From a virus (lineage: Duplodnaviria > Caudoviricetes), in IMG/VR virus record IMGVR_UViG_3300049012_000071, positions 37,653 to 101,652 of that record: 64,000 nt of DNA; one strand, written 5' to 3'. The notes under the pieces were generated by a model that searched no databases, was not told where the DNA came from, and saw only the letters and a list, made by a program, of their open reading frames with translations. This document shows positions 38,128 through 48,366 of the stretch, in pieces. Numbering within the stretch: the first letter of the stretch is position 1; each line of letters starts with the position of its first letter. The position numbers and the translations under genes are program-made.

Positions 38128-40358
38128 CCACCAGGGGAGTCGAGCAGATGACAGCGGAGCTGACGCAGGCGGCGCCCGGCGGAGACGGCGGGCACCAGAT
38201 CCGCGCGCCGCATGCCGGGCTGACGTTCCCGCTCGATGACCTGATGGCCATGGAGCCTCGGGCTGCGGCCCGGCCCATGCTGCCGCCGCTCGAGACGCGC
38301 GACGCGAGCTTCGACCGCTGCGGCGCCGTCGCCGTCATCCGCATCGAGGGCCCGCTCATGCAGCGCGGCGGGTGGTGGTGGGACGGCTACGAGGCGATCC
38401 AGGAGCGCTTCAACGAGGCGCTCAAGGACGCGACCGTTGGCGCCATCGTGCTCCGGATCAACTCCCCCGGCGGCGTCGTCGCGGGATGCTTCGAAGCGGT
38501 CCGGGCGATGCGCAAGGCGAAGGTCGCCGCGGGCAAGCCCGTGATCGCGTTCGCCGACGAGGCGGCCTACTCCGCGGCCTACGCTGTCGCGACGGTCGCC
38601 GACGAGATCTACCTGCCGGAGCCAGGCGGCGTCGGGTCGGTCGGCGTGATCGGGTGTCTCTTCGACGAGACCGAGGCGATCAAGGCCTACGGGCTGAAGA
38701 TCGTGGTGGTGACGTCGGGGAAGCTGAAGGCCGACGGGCACCCGGACGTGCCGCTCTCCGACGACGTGGTGCAGCGGTATCAGGCACGCATCGACGACCT
38801 AGGCGACCAGTTCGCCGCGCTCGTGGCCGAGGCGCGCGGCAGGACAAGCCGGTACGTGCTCGGGCTCGAGGCGGCCTGCCTCTATGGCCGTGACGCAGTG
38901 TCGAAGGGGCTCGCGGACGGCCTCCGGAGCTTCGACGACGTGCTCGCGATGGCCGAGGAGCGGGCTGCGAAGGCAGCCAGTGGGATGGTCCAGCGGGCCG
39001 CCCACGGCGTCGTCGCGAGCCAGCGCATCGCCACGCCTGCGGCGGGGAGAACGCATCATGCCCATGGATTCGACCACTTCCTTCGCACCGTCGCAGCCGG
39101 CGTCGCTCACGGACACGACATCGATCCCGACCTCGCAGCGGCACTCTCCGGAATGCCTGCCCGGGGTGCAGGTGGCGATCCCGCGGTACATCGACCGGAT
39201 GATCTGCGTGTGCGGGCGGTCAACCTGCGTGCGGTGCGCGAGGCAGAGCGCGAGGCGGACTGGGTAGCTTCCACCGACGGTGAGGCCGCGGACGGCGCGA
39301 TCCTGCGCCAGGACTGGCGGCTCGAGCGGTTCCTCAAGAACCCCGTCGTGCTCTTCGCCCACGACATCTGCTCGCTCCCGATCGGACGCGCCAAGCACGT
39401 GCGCGTCGAGAGCGGCCAACTGCTGCTCACCGTGAAGTTCGCGACGGCGAAGGCCAATCCGGTTGCCGAGTTCTGCTGGCAGAGCGTCCTCGAGGACATG
39501 CTCCGTGGCGGCTCCGTCGGCTTCCTCCCGGGCCGCATCGAGCGCGAGGAGGTCAACGGCGCGATCAGGCCGGCGCTCTACGAGAACGAGCTCTACGAGT
39601 TCTCTCTCGTACCGGTGCCGTCCGACGAGGACTCGCTGGTCGAGCGCATGGAGCGGTCGATCGCCGGGTGGAGCGGCGCCTCACGCAGCTTCGGGAGCCA
39701 CGCGGCCACGGCCAACATCACCAGGCCTCACGGCGAGGCGCATCAACCGGCCGCAGTTGGCGGCCAAGAGGCAAGTATGGATCTCGAGAAGATGAAAGAG
39801 GCGCTCGCCGCGAAGGAGCGAGAGGTCGCCGACGAGAAGGCCAACAACGAGACGCTGCGCGGCGCCGCGGCGAAGTCGCTGCGCGAGGCCGACGAGGCTC
39901 GAGCGGCGGCGGCGAAGGCCACCGAAGACCTCGGGGCCGAGAAGGCGAAGGTCGCGGCGGAGAAGGAGCGCGCCGACGGTCTCCAGAAGGAGATCTGCAA
40001 GCGCGACCTCGAACCGATGGTCGGGAAGCAGATCTCGCCCGAGGAGCGGGACGAGCTCATCGAGATCGCGATCGAGAACCCGAAGCGCTACGAGCGCATG
40101 GTGGCCTCGGCCAAGGGCCGGCAGGTCCAGACGGGCCTCACCGACCGCGTGGAGCTCGGCTCGAATGGGCTGCCCGAGGTGGCCGGCGAGCAGGGCCAGG
40201 CCGGCCTGATCAGCATCATGAACCGCCACGTCGAGACCGGGGCGCAGCTGCGCGTGGGCGAGCTCGCGACGGGCGTCGTGGACGCCGCCGGCCCCGCCAT
40301 CCAGCCCGCGAGCGACGGGCTGGCGAGCCTCCTCCAGCGCCACGCCGGCGCGGCCTAG
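38124..40358 (+). CDS. fused S49 protease + HK97-type prohead protease + scaffold
   Basis: INSPGG/SAAY/GSVGV (S49); NPVVLFAHD..PIG, SVGF, EFSLVPVP (HK97-type); coiled-coil C-terminus. Confidence 0.85.
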   Translation: MTTRGVEQMTAELTQAAPGGDGGHQIRAPHAGLTFPLDDLMAMEPRAAARPMLPPLETRDASFDRCGAVAVIRIEGPLMQRGGWWWDGYEAIQERFNEALKDATVGAIVLRINSPGGVVAGCFEAVRAMRKAKVAAGKPVIAFADEAAYSAAYAVATVADEIYLPEPGGVGSVGVIGCLFDETEAIKAYGLKIVVVTSGKLKADGHPDVPLSDDVVQRYQARIDDLGDQFAALVAEARGRTSRYVLGLEAACLYGRDAVSKGLADGLRSFDDVLAMAEERAAKAASGMVQRAAHGVVASQRIATPAAGRTHHAHGFDHFLRTVAAGVAHGHDIDPDLAAALSGMPARGAGGDPAVHRPDDLRVRAVNLRAVREAEREADWVASTDGEAADGAILRQDWRLERFLKNPVVLFAHDICSLPIGRAKHVRVESGQLLLTVKFATAKANPVAEFCWQSVLEDMLRGGSVGFLPGRIEREEVNGAIRPALYENELYEFSLVPVPSDEDSLVERMERSIAGWSGASRSFGSHAATANITRPHGEAHQPAAVGGQEASMDLEKMKEALAAKEREVADEKANNETLRGAAAKSLREADEARAAAAKATEDLGAEKAKVAAEKERADGLQKEICKRDLEPMVGKQISPEERDELIEIAIENPKRYERMVASAKGRQVQTGLTDRVELGSNGLPEVAGEQGQAGLISIMNRHVETGAQLRVGELATGVVDAAGPAIQPASDGLASLLQRHAGAA

Positions 40359-40446
40359 CCGGCATTCGCCCAACCACAACAAGGACTATCCGCCGGCCGC
40401 GTAGCGCGCCGCGAGCGCGGGCGTGTGCCCGCTCGGAGACCAGCAC

Positions 40447-40878
40447 ATGACCGCTTCTCTCGACCCCCATCGCAACATCGACAACGCCCTCATCCGCAAC
40501 TACACCGTCGCCTCCGGGCAGACGGTCACGGGCGGCGCCGAGGTGATCTTCGCGTCGGACGACGAGGAGATCCAGGTCGCCACCGCGAACAGCGCGGCCG
40601 CGTTCGGCATCGCGCGCCATCCCGGCACTACCTACATCGCCGGCGAGCGCGTCGAGGTCATCATCTACGGCACCGCGATCGTCCCCATGAAGGTGGGCAC
40701 CGCGGGTGTCACGCGCGGACTCGAGGTCACGCAGACCTCGACTGGCGTCGAGGACGCGCCCGCGGCGAACCCTGCCGGCGCAACGACCACGTGGATCTGC
40801 GGCCGCGCCCTCCAGAGCCGCGTCGTCAACGATGAAGTCGGCGTCGCCATCTACAAGCAGTCCCGCATCACCGCGTAA
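40447..40878 (+). CDS. capsid cement/decoration protein (DUF2190-like)
   Basis: Size, position before MCP, FGIA...G.RVEV...G pattern. Confidence 0.7.
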   Translation: MTASLDPHRNIDNALIRNYTVASGQTVTGGAEVIFASDDEEIQVATANSAAAFGIARHPGTTYIAGERVEVIIYGTAIVPMKVGTAGVTRGLEVTQTSTGVEDAPAANPAGATTTWICGRALQSRVVNDEVGVAIYKQSRITA

Positions 40879-40952
40879 GCGGCCCTCCACCACAGGAACA
40901 CCACAGCTCAGAGCTATCAGCCGGCGCGCCAGCGCGCCGGATGGGAGACGTC

Positions 40953-42083
40953 ATGTCCAGCAACATCATCTACGTCCGGTCCTCGGTGGAGACGCCCGGA
41001 GATCGGTACCAGCGCGCGCTCGGCTTCGCCAAGCGCATCGCGAGCGGCGACTTCTCCGGCCTCTCGCAGCGCGAAGCCGCGATCGCGAAGCGCGAGGTCG
41101 ACGACCTCAACAAGTTCTACCTCGCTCTCAAGAAGCGCGAGATCTCGCCCGACCAGGTGCAGGACGATCGGTTCCTGACCAACCTGTCGGTGCAGTACGG
41201 CAACGACGAGTACATCGGCCTCATGCTGATGCCGCCGGCGGCCGTGCCGAATCTCTCGGGCGAATACCCGACGTACGACAAGTCGACGCGGCTCGAGGGG
41301 CCCGACGACGAGATGAACGGGCGCTCTACGCCGAACGAGATCGACGACGGCAACCGCAGCACCGGCACCTACCAGTGCAGCGGACGCAGCCTCAAAAACA
41401 CGCTCGACTGGGTGACCCTGATGAACCAGGTCAGCCCGCTGAACGAGATGATCGACCTCACGGGCGCGCTGCTCGACGTGATGGCGATCAAGCGCGAGAT
41501 CCGCATCGCGACGGCGCTCACCACGAGCGGCAACTTCGCCTCTGCGAACGTGGTCCCGGTGGCCGCGAGCAACTACTGGGACTCGGCCGGCGGCGGCGAC
41601 CCGATCGGCGTTTTCCAGGACGCGACGAGCCGGCTCTGGAAGGGCCGCGGCCCGGCCAAGACCATCGCGTACACCTCGCTCGAGGTGTGGAACGTGGTCT
41701 CGCGCCATCCGGCGATCCTCGACCTCAGCAAGCACACCGTGCGCGGGCTCGCAACGCCCCAGAGCGTCGCGGAGTACTTCGGCTGGGACGGCATCCTCGT
41801 GAGCCAGGCGCGGCGCAGGACGTCGCGCAAGGGCCAGACTGCCACGTACAGCCGCATGTACGGCAACAACTTCGGCATCATCCGCGTGGCGACGTCTCCG
41901 TCGGTGCGCAACGCCGTCTTCGGGCACACCTTCCGCTGGCAGGGGGAGCGCACGCGCGTCTGGTTCGACCCGGCGCTCTACACCGACGGCGGCTACGTGG
42001 CGAAGCACTCGCACCACGAGGACTACAAGATCATCGCGTCCGACACCGGCGCACTCATCACCACGCCCATCACGCCGTTCTGA
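40953..42083 (+). CDS. major capsid protein
   Basis: LTNLSVQY, REIRIA, WD..GGDPI, HPAIL; position. Confidence 0.85.
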   Translation: MSSNIIYVRSSVETPGDRYQRALGFAKRIASGDFSGLSQREAAIAKREVDDLNKFYLALKKREISPDQVQDDRFLTNLSVQYGNDEYIGLMLMPPAAVPNLSGEYPTYDKSTRLEGPDDEMNGRSTPNEIDDGNRSTGTYQCSGRSLKNTLDWVTLMNQVSPLNEMIDLTGALLDVMAIKREIRIATALTTSGNFASANVVPVAASNYWDSAGGGDPIGVFQDATSRLWKGRGPAKTIAYTSLEVWNVVSRHPAILDLSKHTVRGLATPQSVAEYFGWDGILVSQARRRTSRKGQTATYSRMYGNNFGIIRVATSPSVRNAVFGHTFRWQGERTRVWFDPALYTDGGYVAKHSHHEDYKIIASDTGALITTPITPF

Positions 42084-42598
42084 TGGGACGCGGGAAGAGC
42101 AAGGGCCGGGCGCGGCCGCAAGGCGCGGCGCCGGCTTCGCCCGAGCACGAGGCGGCGGACGCTCCGGTTGACGCGGGCGCTGGCCTCGAGTCGGAGGCCT
42201 GGGTCGACGGCGACGAGGCTCCGCTGGATGCCCCCGATCCTGGGGGCGACAGCGAGGCCGAGATGCAGCCGGCCGCGGAGGGCGACCCCGCAGCCGACGC
42301 CGTGCCGGCCTCTAGCGAGTCCGACACGGCGCCTGCTGTCGACCAGTGGCCTCCGGCGGCCAGCGACCAGGCGGAGGCGTGCCAGGAGCCCGCAGCGGCC
42401 CACGCTGCCCCGCCGCCCGTGATGCCTACGCTGCGCCGCGGGCACGTGCGCGCTCGGGTGCGCGGCCCAGGGACGCTGATGGCCACGGGCTACGCGCTCA
42501 CCGGCGAGCAGCGGTCGCGCTGGCAGGCCGGAGACGAGGGGCAGTTCCACCGCGGCGACGTCGCGTCGCTCCCCGACCACTTCGAGGAGCTCCCGTGA
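42083..42598 (+). CDS. acidic low-complexity head-associated protein
   Basis: TGATG overlap after MCP. Confidence 0.6.
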   Translation: MGRGKSKGRARPQGAAPASPEHEAADAPVDAGAGLESEAWVDGDEAPLDAPDPGGDSEAEMQPAAEGDPAADAVPASSESDTAPAVDQWPPAASDQAEACQEPAAAHAAPPPVMPTLRRGHVRARVRGPGTLMATGYALTGEQRSRWQAGDEGQFHRGDVASLPDHFEELP

Positions 42599-43053
42599 CG
42601 TACGTCGCGCTGTTCTCCCAGGAGGACCTCACTGCACGCGTCAGCGAGGCAAAGCTCGTCGAGGCGCTCGACGACGACAACGACGGGCAGGTCCACCCGG
42701 CGGCGTTCCAGCGACTCCAGACGGACGCCTCGTCGTACGTCCTCGAGACCTACTACGGCACGTTCGACGCCGTGCCGGACGAAGACGCGATCCCGCCGGC
42801 GCTGAAGCGCCTCGCGCTGGATGCGGCCCAGGCGTACCTCGGCCAGCGGCATCCCGAGGTGTTCCGCATCGACTGGGAGAAGCTCTTCCGCTGGATCGAC
42901 GCGCAGCTCAAGCGCTTGAAGGAAGGCGCGACGCGCATCGGGCAGACCCCGCCGGACCCGGCAGCCAACCACGGCGGCGAGATCGCGTCGAACAACCCCT
43001 ACGACGACTGCCCGCCCAGGTTCGTCTTCCTCAAGGGCATGGGCATCTTCTGA
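42595..43053 (+). CDS. head-tail connector (Mu gp36/DUF1320-like)
   Basis: EDL.AR...L...LDDDNDG...P.ALKRLALD.A.Y. Confidence 0.75.
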   Translation: MTYVALFSQEDLTARVSEAKLVEALDDDNDGQVHPAAFQRLQTDASSYVLETYYGTFDAVPDEDAIPPALKRLALDAAQAYLGQRHPEVFRIDWEKLFRWIDAQLKRLKEGATRIGQTPPDPAANHGGEIASNNPYDDCPPRFVFLKGMGIF

Positions 43054-43595
43054 TGCTGCTCCAGATCCACGCCGACGCTCGCGACATCGAGGCCGCGTGG
43101 GGCGCCATGGTGATGGAGTTTGCGCGCGGCACCGTGCGCGGGCTCGTCATGGGGCTGCGCGAGGGGGAGCAGGCGGCGCTGTCCACCGGCCGCTGGAAGG
43201 ACCGCACCGGCGAGACGCGGCGGAACACCAAGGGCACCGTCGACTTCCTCACGACGAACGGCGGCGTCGGGCAGCTCAACAGCCTCGTGCCGCATGCGTC
43301 GTTCCTGGAGGAGGGCACGCGGCCGCATGTTATCCGCCCGAAGGAGGGCGCCGGCTTCGTCGGCCCTCTCCAGCAGGGCCAGAGCCGCCGCAGCAAGACC
43401 GACATCGGCACGCACCGGGTCGCGCTGCGCTGGCAGGATGACGGCGGCCAGGTCCACTTCGCGCGGGTCGTCCACCACCCGGGGACGAAGGCGACCGGCT
43501 ACATGGCAGCTGGCGTCCACCAACTCGAGCGCACGTTCCTCCGGGAGCTCGAGGTGAGCGTCGCCCGCGCGCAGAGCATCGCCGACAGGTACTGA
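43053..43595 (+). CDS. neck/morphogenesis protein (HK97 gp10-like)
   Basis: DRTG.TR...ASFLEEGTRPHVIRP...HHPGT. Confidence 0.7.
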   Translation: MLLQIHADARDIEAAWGAMVMEFARGTVRGLVMGLREGEQAALSTGRWKDRTGETRRNTKGTVDFLTTNGGVGQLNSLVPHASFLEEGTRPHVIRPKEGAGFVGPLQQGQSRRSKTDIGTHRVALRWQDDGGQVHFARVVHHPGTKATGYMAAGVHQLERTFLRELEVSVARAQSIADRY

Positions 43596-43598
43596 CCC

Positions 43599-44696
43599 AT
43601 GGCCGACCACTACGGCGCGCTCGAGCTCGACATCCCGGCGGTCGAGAATGGGCGAGAGGATCCGTGTGGCGACCCGGCCCTGAAGGTGATCGCCGACTTC
43701 CTCAAGGCGGCCATCAACGCGCGGGCGACCACGGCGTGGCGATCGGTCTCGGCGGGGCTCGGCAAGACCGGTAAGGACAGCCCGGTCAACGAGGCGCACA
43801 CCTACGACCCGGTGAACACGAAGTTCACCGAGAAGTCGCTGCCTGCGATCTACGTCTTCCGCAACCAGGGCGGCACCTTCGACGATGACGCGTCCGACTA
43901 CCGGGTCGCGCGCTCCGCGTGGGTTCTCTGGTGGATCTTCCGGCCGACTACCGACGACAAGTTCTCCATCCGCGCTCCCTTCGCAAACGCGATCGGCAAG
44001 CTGATCGATGCCTCGCTCGATGACGGGCGGCACCCGGCCTACGTGCGGGAGGGGGACACCGACGTCTACGCGCCGAGCTACACGGCTGACGTGGACTCCA
44101 TCAAGACGTCGTTCGCCACGGACGCGGGGGAGCAGGAGTTCTCCGGCGCGGACCTCGACGGCGCCATCGGCGGCAACGAGATGGCCCCGCCGCGGAGCCC
44201 GACGCTCACCATCTCCGGAGCGGACGTCCTGCCAGGGTCCACCGTGACCTGGAGCGGGATCAACGCCGTCGACCAGGAGATCGCCGTCGAGGTCGAGATC
44301 ACCGGCGCCGGGACCTTCGACGCGAACTACGACTTCAAGCAGATCACCTCGGTCACGCTCGGGGCCCAGTCTGGTTCGAACGCTACCGCGCAGCTTGGGA
44401 CCGCGGCGCGCGCGGGGCTCGGGACCGACATCTACACGGCCGCTGGGCTCCACGACATCACACCGGGCCGGCCGACGGTGAAGGTGATCAACATCCCGAG
44501 CCACAACGGGGACCCGCCGACGCCGTACGACGCACTCGAGGTGATCCTCGATGTCGAGGAGCGGCTCGTGCCCGACATGGAGCAGTACGACCTGCTCGAC
44601 GACGAAAGCGGCAGCGACGGTGTGAATGCCGGCGCCGAGATGACCTTTGTTCGTAGCGACGAGTCCGTGATCGACACGGCCTTCTACGACGACTGA
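43599..44696 (+). CDS. tail completion/terminator-like protein with extra beta domain
   Basis: LPAIYVFR; position before sheath. Confidence 0.5.
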   Translation: MADHYGALELDIPAVENGREDPCGDPALKVIADFLKAAINARATTAWRSVSAGLGKTGKDSPVNEAHTYDPVNTKFTEKSLPAIYVFRNQGGTFDDDASDYRVARSAWVLWWIFRPTTDDKFSIRAPFANAIGKLIDASLDDGRHPAYVREGDTDVYAPSYTADVDSIKTSFATDAGEQEFSGADLDGAIGGNEMAPPRSPTLTISGADVLPGSTVTWSGINAVDQEIAVEVEITGAGTFDANYDFKQITSVTLGAQSGSNATAQLGTAARAGLGTDIYTAAGLHDITPGRPTVKVINIPSHNGDPPTPYDALEVILDVEERLVPDMEQYDLLDDESGSDGVNAGAEMTFVRSDESVIDTAFYDD

Positions 44697-44719
44697 ACCT
44701 CCACCAAAGCGAGAACAGC

Positions 44720-45265
44720 ATGCAGGAGACGTTGCTCGTCCTGCCGAACCCGTATGTCTTCATCGACGGGGACGGCGAGCCACAGGGGGCGTGCCCTGCC
44801 GATGGGCCCAACCACGCGCGCGGAAAGCGCATGTGGATCGGCGCGAAGCTCGACACCGCGCGTACCAAGCACTTGCCGGACTACGAGGACCGGCCGAAGA
44901 CCCGGCGCGGGGGCAAGGACGTGGCGTGGTCGGGCGACTCTCGCCCGAGGCCGCAGACCACCAAGTTCGTGTTCGCGGCCAAGCCCGTCGAGATCCCGAA
45001 GACGCCGCACTACCTCGATCGGATTCGCGGCGGGGAGCTCGTGGCGGCCGACGAGGCGACGCACGCGAAGGCGTTTGGAGGACGGGTGAAGTACCTGGCT
45101 CCCGACGTCGCGCTGGCCGATGCGCGACGCGCGGCCTTCGACGAATTCAAGTCCGCACACGGTAAGGCGCCAGCGTTCTCGCGCGAAGAGTCGCCGTCGA
45201 AGACCACCGCGGCCGCCGCGCCGCCCGCTGACGCGCCCACCGCGCTCGAAGGAGTCGCACCGTGA
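44720..45265 (+). CDS. hypothetical protein upstream of sheath
   Basis: PHYLDRIRGGELV resembles small Mu-like pre-sheath proteins. Confidence 0.55.
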   Translation: MQETLLVLPNPYVFIDGDGEPQGACPADGPNHARGKRMWIGAKLDTARTKHLPDYEDRPKTRRGGKDVAWSGDSRPRPQTTKFVFAAKPVEIPKTPHYLDRIRGGELVAADEATHAKAFGGRVKYLAPDVALADARRAAFDEFKSAHGKAPAFSREESPSKTTAAAAPPADAPTALEGVAP

Positions 45266-46758
45266 GCATCCAGATCGTCGGATTCAGCAGCGCCTTCAAG
45301 GTGCCGATGTTCGCCGCAGAGACCGTGTTCGGCGCCGGCGCGCTCGCACAGGGGTCGATCCCCATCAACCTGCTGCTCGTCGGCCTCATCAGCGATGACG
45401 GCACGATGACCGAGAACGGCAGCCCCGTGCAGGCGTTCGACCAGAACGACGCCGACGACTACGCCGGCGCTGGGAGCCAGCTCGCGCGCATGTTCCGCGC
45501 TGCATCCATGATCCCGAACCTGCGGATCTGGCTGGGCGCTCCGCTGCGCGCGGCTGGGGTTGGGGCCGCGGCCACCATCACCATCACCGGCACCGCGAGC
45601 AGCTCGGGCGAGGTCTTCTACCGCGTCGGCGGCGACACCGTGTCCGTGTCGATCGCGAGCGGCGACGATCCCACGGACATCGGCGATGCGATCGTGGTTG
45701 CCTTCGCGGCGAAGTCGTTCATGGCCGTGACCGGCGTGAACGACACGGGCGAGGTGACGCTCACGGTCAAGTCTGAGGGCGTCGAGGGAAACCAGTACAT
45801 CATCCATCAGGACGTGTCGCTCATCGCTACCGGCGTGACGTCCACGCTCGGCGGCGGCGGGGCGTCGGTCACCGGCGGCGGCGTGAAATTCACCGGCGGC
45901 ACCGGGACGACGGATGTCACGACGTTCCTCTCAGCCATCTTCTCCGGCTGGTACCAGCGCATCGCGATCGCGCAGAGCGACGCTACGAACCTCGGCCGGT
46001 GGCGCACGCACATCAACCTCAAGGCCGGCCCGACCGAGGGGCGCATGGAACACGTCGTCTTCGCGACGAACGGCACCCAGTCGGCCGCGGCCACGCTCTC
46101 GACGAGCACGCTCAACGACCCGCGCTTCCAGAACCTCTGGCTGCTCAACAGCGAGTCGCACCCGAGCGAGCTCGCCGCGGCCATGGCGGCGCTCCGGACG
46201 GCCACCGAGGGCGATGACCCGTGCGCAGCCTACGACGGCTCGGTGCTGCTCGGGATGGCTCCGCAGGCGTTCGTGGCGGACTGGGCCAACGTGTCGACGC
46301 AGAGCTCTTGCCTCGACAACGGCGTCACGCCGCTGCTCACGACGAGCGACGGCCGCGTGGAGGTGTGCCGCTCGATCACCACGCGCTGCCTCAACGGCAC
46401 GGACCCGGACTACCGGACGCTCGACACGAGCGACGCGGTGGTTCCCGACTACGTGCGCGACGGGCTCCGGCTCATCTGGACCAGCGAGTTCAAGCCGAAC
46501 AACCCGCGTGTCGCCGATGACCTGCCCGACGGCAGGGAGCGGCCCGCGGGCGTTGCGACGCCGCAGCGCTGGACCGAGCGCATGACGAAGTATCTGCGGG
46601 AGCTCGAGGAGGCCTCGCCGCCGCAGATCATCGACGTCGACGACCACCTTCCGTACTCCGAATACAACAGCGCCGCGCGGCGGATCATGTCGGTTTGCCC
46701 GGTCGTCCCCGCGCCCAACCAGCATCAGATCGGCGTTTCGGTCCGCCAGACGGCGTGA
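45262..46758 (+). CDS. tail sheath protein (Mu gpL-like)
   Basis: GAGSQLARM, NGVTPL, RSITT; 498 aa. Confidence 0.88.
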   Translation: MSIQIVGFSSAFKVPMFAAETVFGAGALAQGSIPINLLLVGLISDDGTMTENGSPVQAFDQNDADDYAGAGSQLARMFRAASMIPNLRIWLGAPLRAAGVGAAATITITGTASSSGEVFYRVGGDTVSVSIASGDDPTDIGDAIVVAFAAKSFMAVTGVNDTGEVTLTVKSEGVEGNQYIIHQDVSLIATGVTSTLGGGGASVTGGGVKFTGGTGTTDVTTFLSAIFSGWYQRIAIAQSDATNLGRWRTHINLKAGPTEGRMEHVVFATNGTQSAAATLSTSTLNDPRFQNLWLLNSESHPSELAAAMAALRTATEGDDPCAAYDGSVLLGMAPQAFVADWANVSTQSSCLDNGVTPLLTTSDGRVEVCRSITTRCLNGTDPDYRTLDTSDAVVPDYVRDGLRLIWTSEFKPNNPRVADDLPDGRERPAGVATPQRWTERMTKYLRELEEASPPQIIDVDDHLPYSEYNSAARRIMSVCPVVPAPNQHQIGVSVRQTA

Positions 46759-46769
46759 GGTAACCCATC

Positions 46770-47138
46770 ATGGCGAAGACGTTCAGGAACGCCTCGATCT
46801 ACGTCGCCACGCGCAAGATCGCGGAGATCGAGTCCGGCAACTACGAGCACATGTCCGGCGACGAGGCTCAGATCGGTACCGAAGGGTACATGGGCCACTC
46901 GGACGGCGCCGACACGGTGCGCCTGACGTTCAACACGGTGACGCCGGTCGTGGGCCATGAGGCCACGTTGAAGGACTTCATCATCAGCAAACGGACTGCC
47001 CAGATCGCCATCATCGTGGATGGCGGGGCGGAGATGTGGGAGGGCCGGCTGACGCAGCGCTCGTACAGCTTCGACTCCCGCACGGGCGCTGTGAAGGGCG
47101 CCTTTACGTGGGAGGGCGGCACGCCCACGGTCACCTGA
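46770..47138 (+). CDS. tail tube protein
   Basis: 122 aa, directly after sheath. Confidence 0.8.
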   Translation: MAKTFRNASIYVATRKIAEIESGNYEHMSGDEAQIGTEGYMGHSDGADTVRLTFNTVTPVVGHEATLKDFIISKRTAQIAIIVDGGAEMWEGRLTQRSYSFDSRTGAVKGAFTWEGGTPTVT

Positions 47139-47725
47139 TGGGTCGCTTCCGGGACATCGCTCGCGGAGCCCGCGCACGGCGCACGGTGGAGTTTCCCATC
47201 GCCACCGGCGAGCCCGTCAAGGTGGCCGTGGGAGTGCTCCTCGACGGCGCGGACGAGGAGATCGACCGGCTCTCGCGCGAGCACGCGAAGAAGCTCGGCG
47301 TCGAGGACCCGAAGCCGGGGAACAGCATCTACGACCGCGCGGCCGACCGCTTCACGCTGCTCCTCTCGTGTACCGACCCTGAGTCGCCGGACGAGGCGCC
47401 CGTGCCGTTCTTCGCGAGCGAGGAGGAGATCCGCGAGGGGCTCGACCGCGACCGGATCGCCTACCTCGTGACGGCGCAGGCCGTGTGGCAGGACCAGTGC
47501 TCGCCGCGGCAGTTGAAGCTCACCACGGACGAGTTCATCTCCAAGGTCGTGGAGGTGGCCACGTCTCCGGACGACCGCCCTTTCTATCTCATGCGGCCAG
47601 GTTTGCAGTGGATCTTCATGCGTACTTTGGCCGGCCAGTGCATGAACTCACCAGAGCTCAAGTCGCTCTCTGGCTTGGGCTCCGGCACGAGTTCGAACTC
47701 CTCCGACAGCAAGCTGGCTAGCTGA
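47138..47725 (+). CDS. tail assembly chaperone (with -1 frameshift product ending at 47721)
   Basis: Position between tube and TMP; slippery C CCT TTC. Confidence 0.75.
   Translation: MGRFRDIARGARARRTVEFPIATGEPVKVAVGVLLDGADEEIDRLSREHAKKLGVEDPKPGNSIYDRAADRFTLLLSCTDPESPDEAPVPFFASEEEIREGLDRDRIAYLVTAQAVWQDQCSPRQLKLTTDEFISKVVEVATSPDDRPFYLMRPGLQWIFMRTLAGQCMNSPELKSLSGLGSGTSSNSSDSKLAS
47578..47584 (+). other. programmed -1 ribosomal frameshift site
   Basis: In-frame X XXY YYZ (C CCT TTC); -1 frame reads PFLSHAARFAVDLHAYFGRPVHELTRAQVALW. Confidence 0.75.
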
Positions 47726-48360
47726 TGCCCACGTTCGCCCAGGTGACCGCGCCCCAGAGCGACGAGGACCGGTATCGGCCGCCCAAGGTGATCGACGTAC
47801 CGCCGGACGCGTTCGCGTCGGACTGGGCGGAGCGGCCCAGCGAGGCGGTGGCGGTAGGGCTCCGCATCATCCCGGACGACGACCTCCAGACGGCACGCGA
47901 CAATGCCGCCGCGTTCGCGGCCCGGCGCTATCTGGACCAGGTGGACACGGTGGAGGCCGTCGACTGCTTCAACGACGCTCTCCTGCGTCACAAGATCGCG
48001 CGGGCGACCTGCATGCCGGAGGACGTGCGCCAGCCGTTCTTCCGGGCGGCCGAGGACACGGTCCGGTTCGCACTGAGCACCGACGGCGTGAAGCTCCTGG
48101 CGCAAGAGATCCAGCTCTTCGAGCTCGAGCGGTCACCCGCGTACAAGCCGGCGACGGACGACGAGGTCCTGGACCTGGCGGCGCTGCTCCAGACGGAGGC
48201 TCCGTTCCTCGGCATGAGTGCGATCGACGAGCAGGCGGTGAGGCGGCTGCTCGCCGTCGTCCGGGAGCGGATCGGCGAGGCGCTCGCGCGTGTCGCCGAG
48301 CAGAGCGGCGTCGCCGCGACCGACGACGACCAGCAATTCGACGCGATGGCACAGGGCTGA
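47725..48360 (+). CDS. second tail assembly chaperone-like protein
   Basis: Shares C..PE...PFF...E...L...SP pattern with the upstream gene. Confidence 0.6.
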   Translation: MPTFAQVTAPQSDEDRYRPPKVIDVPPDAFASDWAERPSEAVAVGLRIIPDDDLQTARDNAAAFAARRYLDQVDTVEAVDCFNDALLRHKIARATCMPEDVRQPFFRAAEDTVRFALSTDGVKLLAQEIQLFELERSPAYKPATDDEVLDLAALLQTEAPFLGMSAIDEQAVRRLLAVVRERIGEALARVAEQSGVAATDDDQQFDAMAQG

Positions 48361-48366
48361 GCTCCG

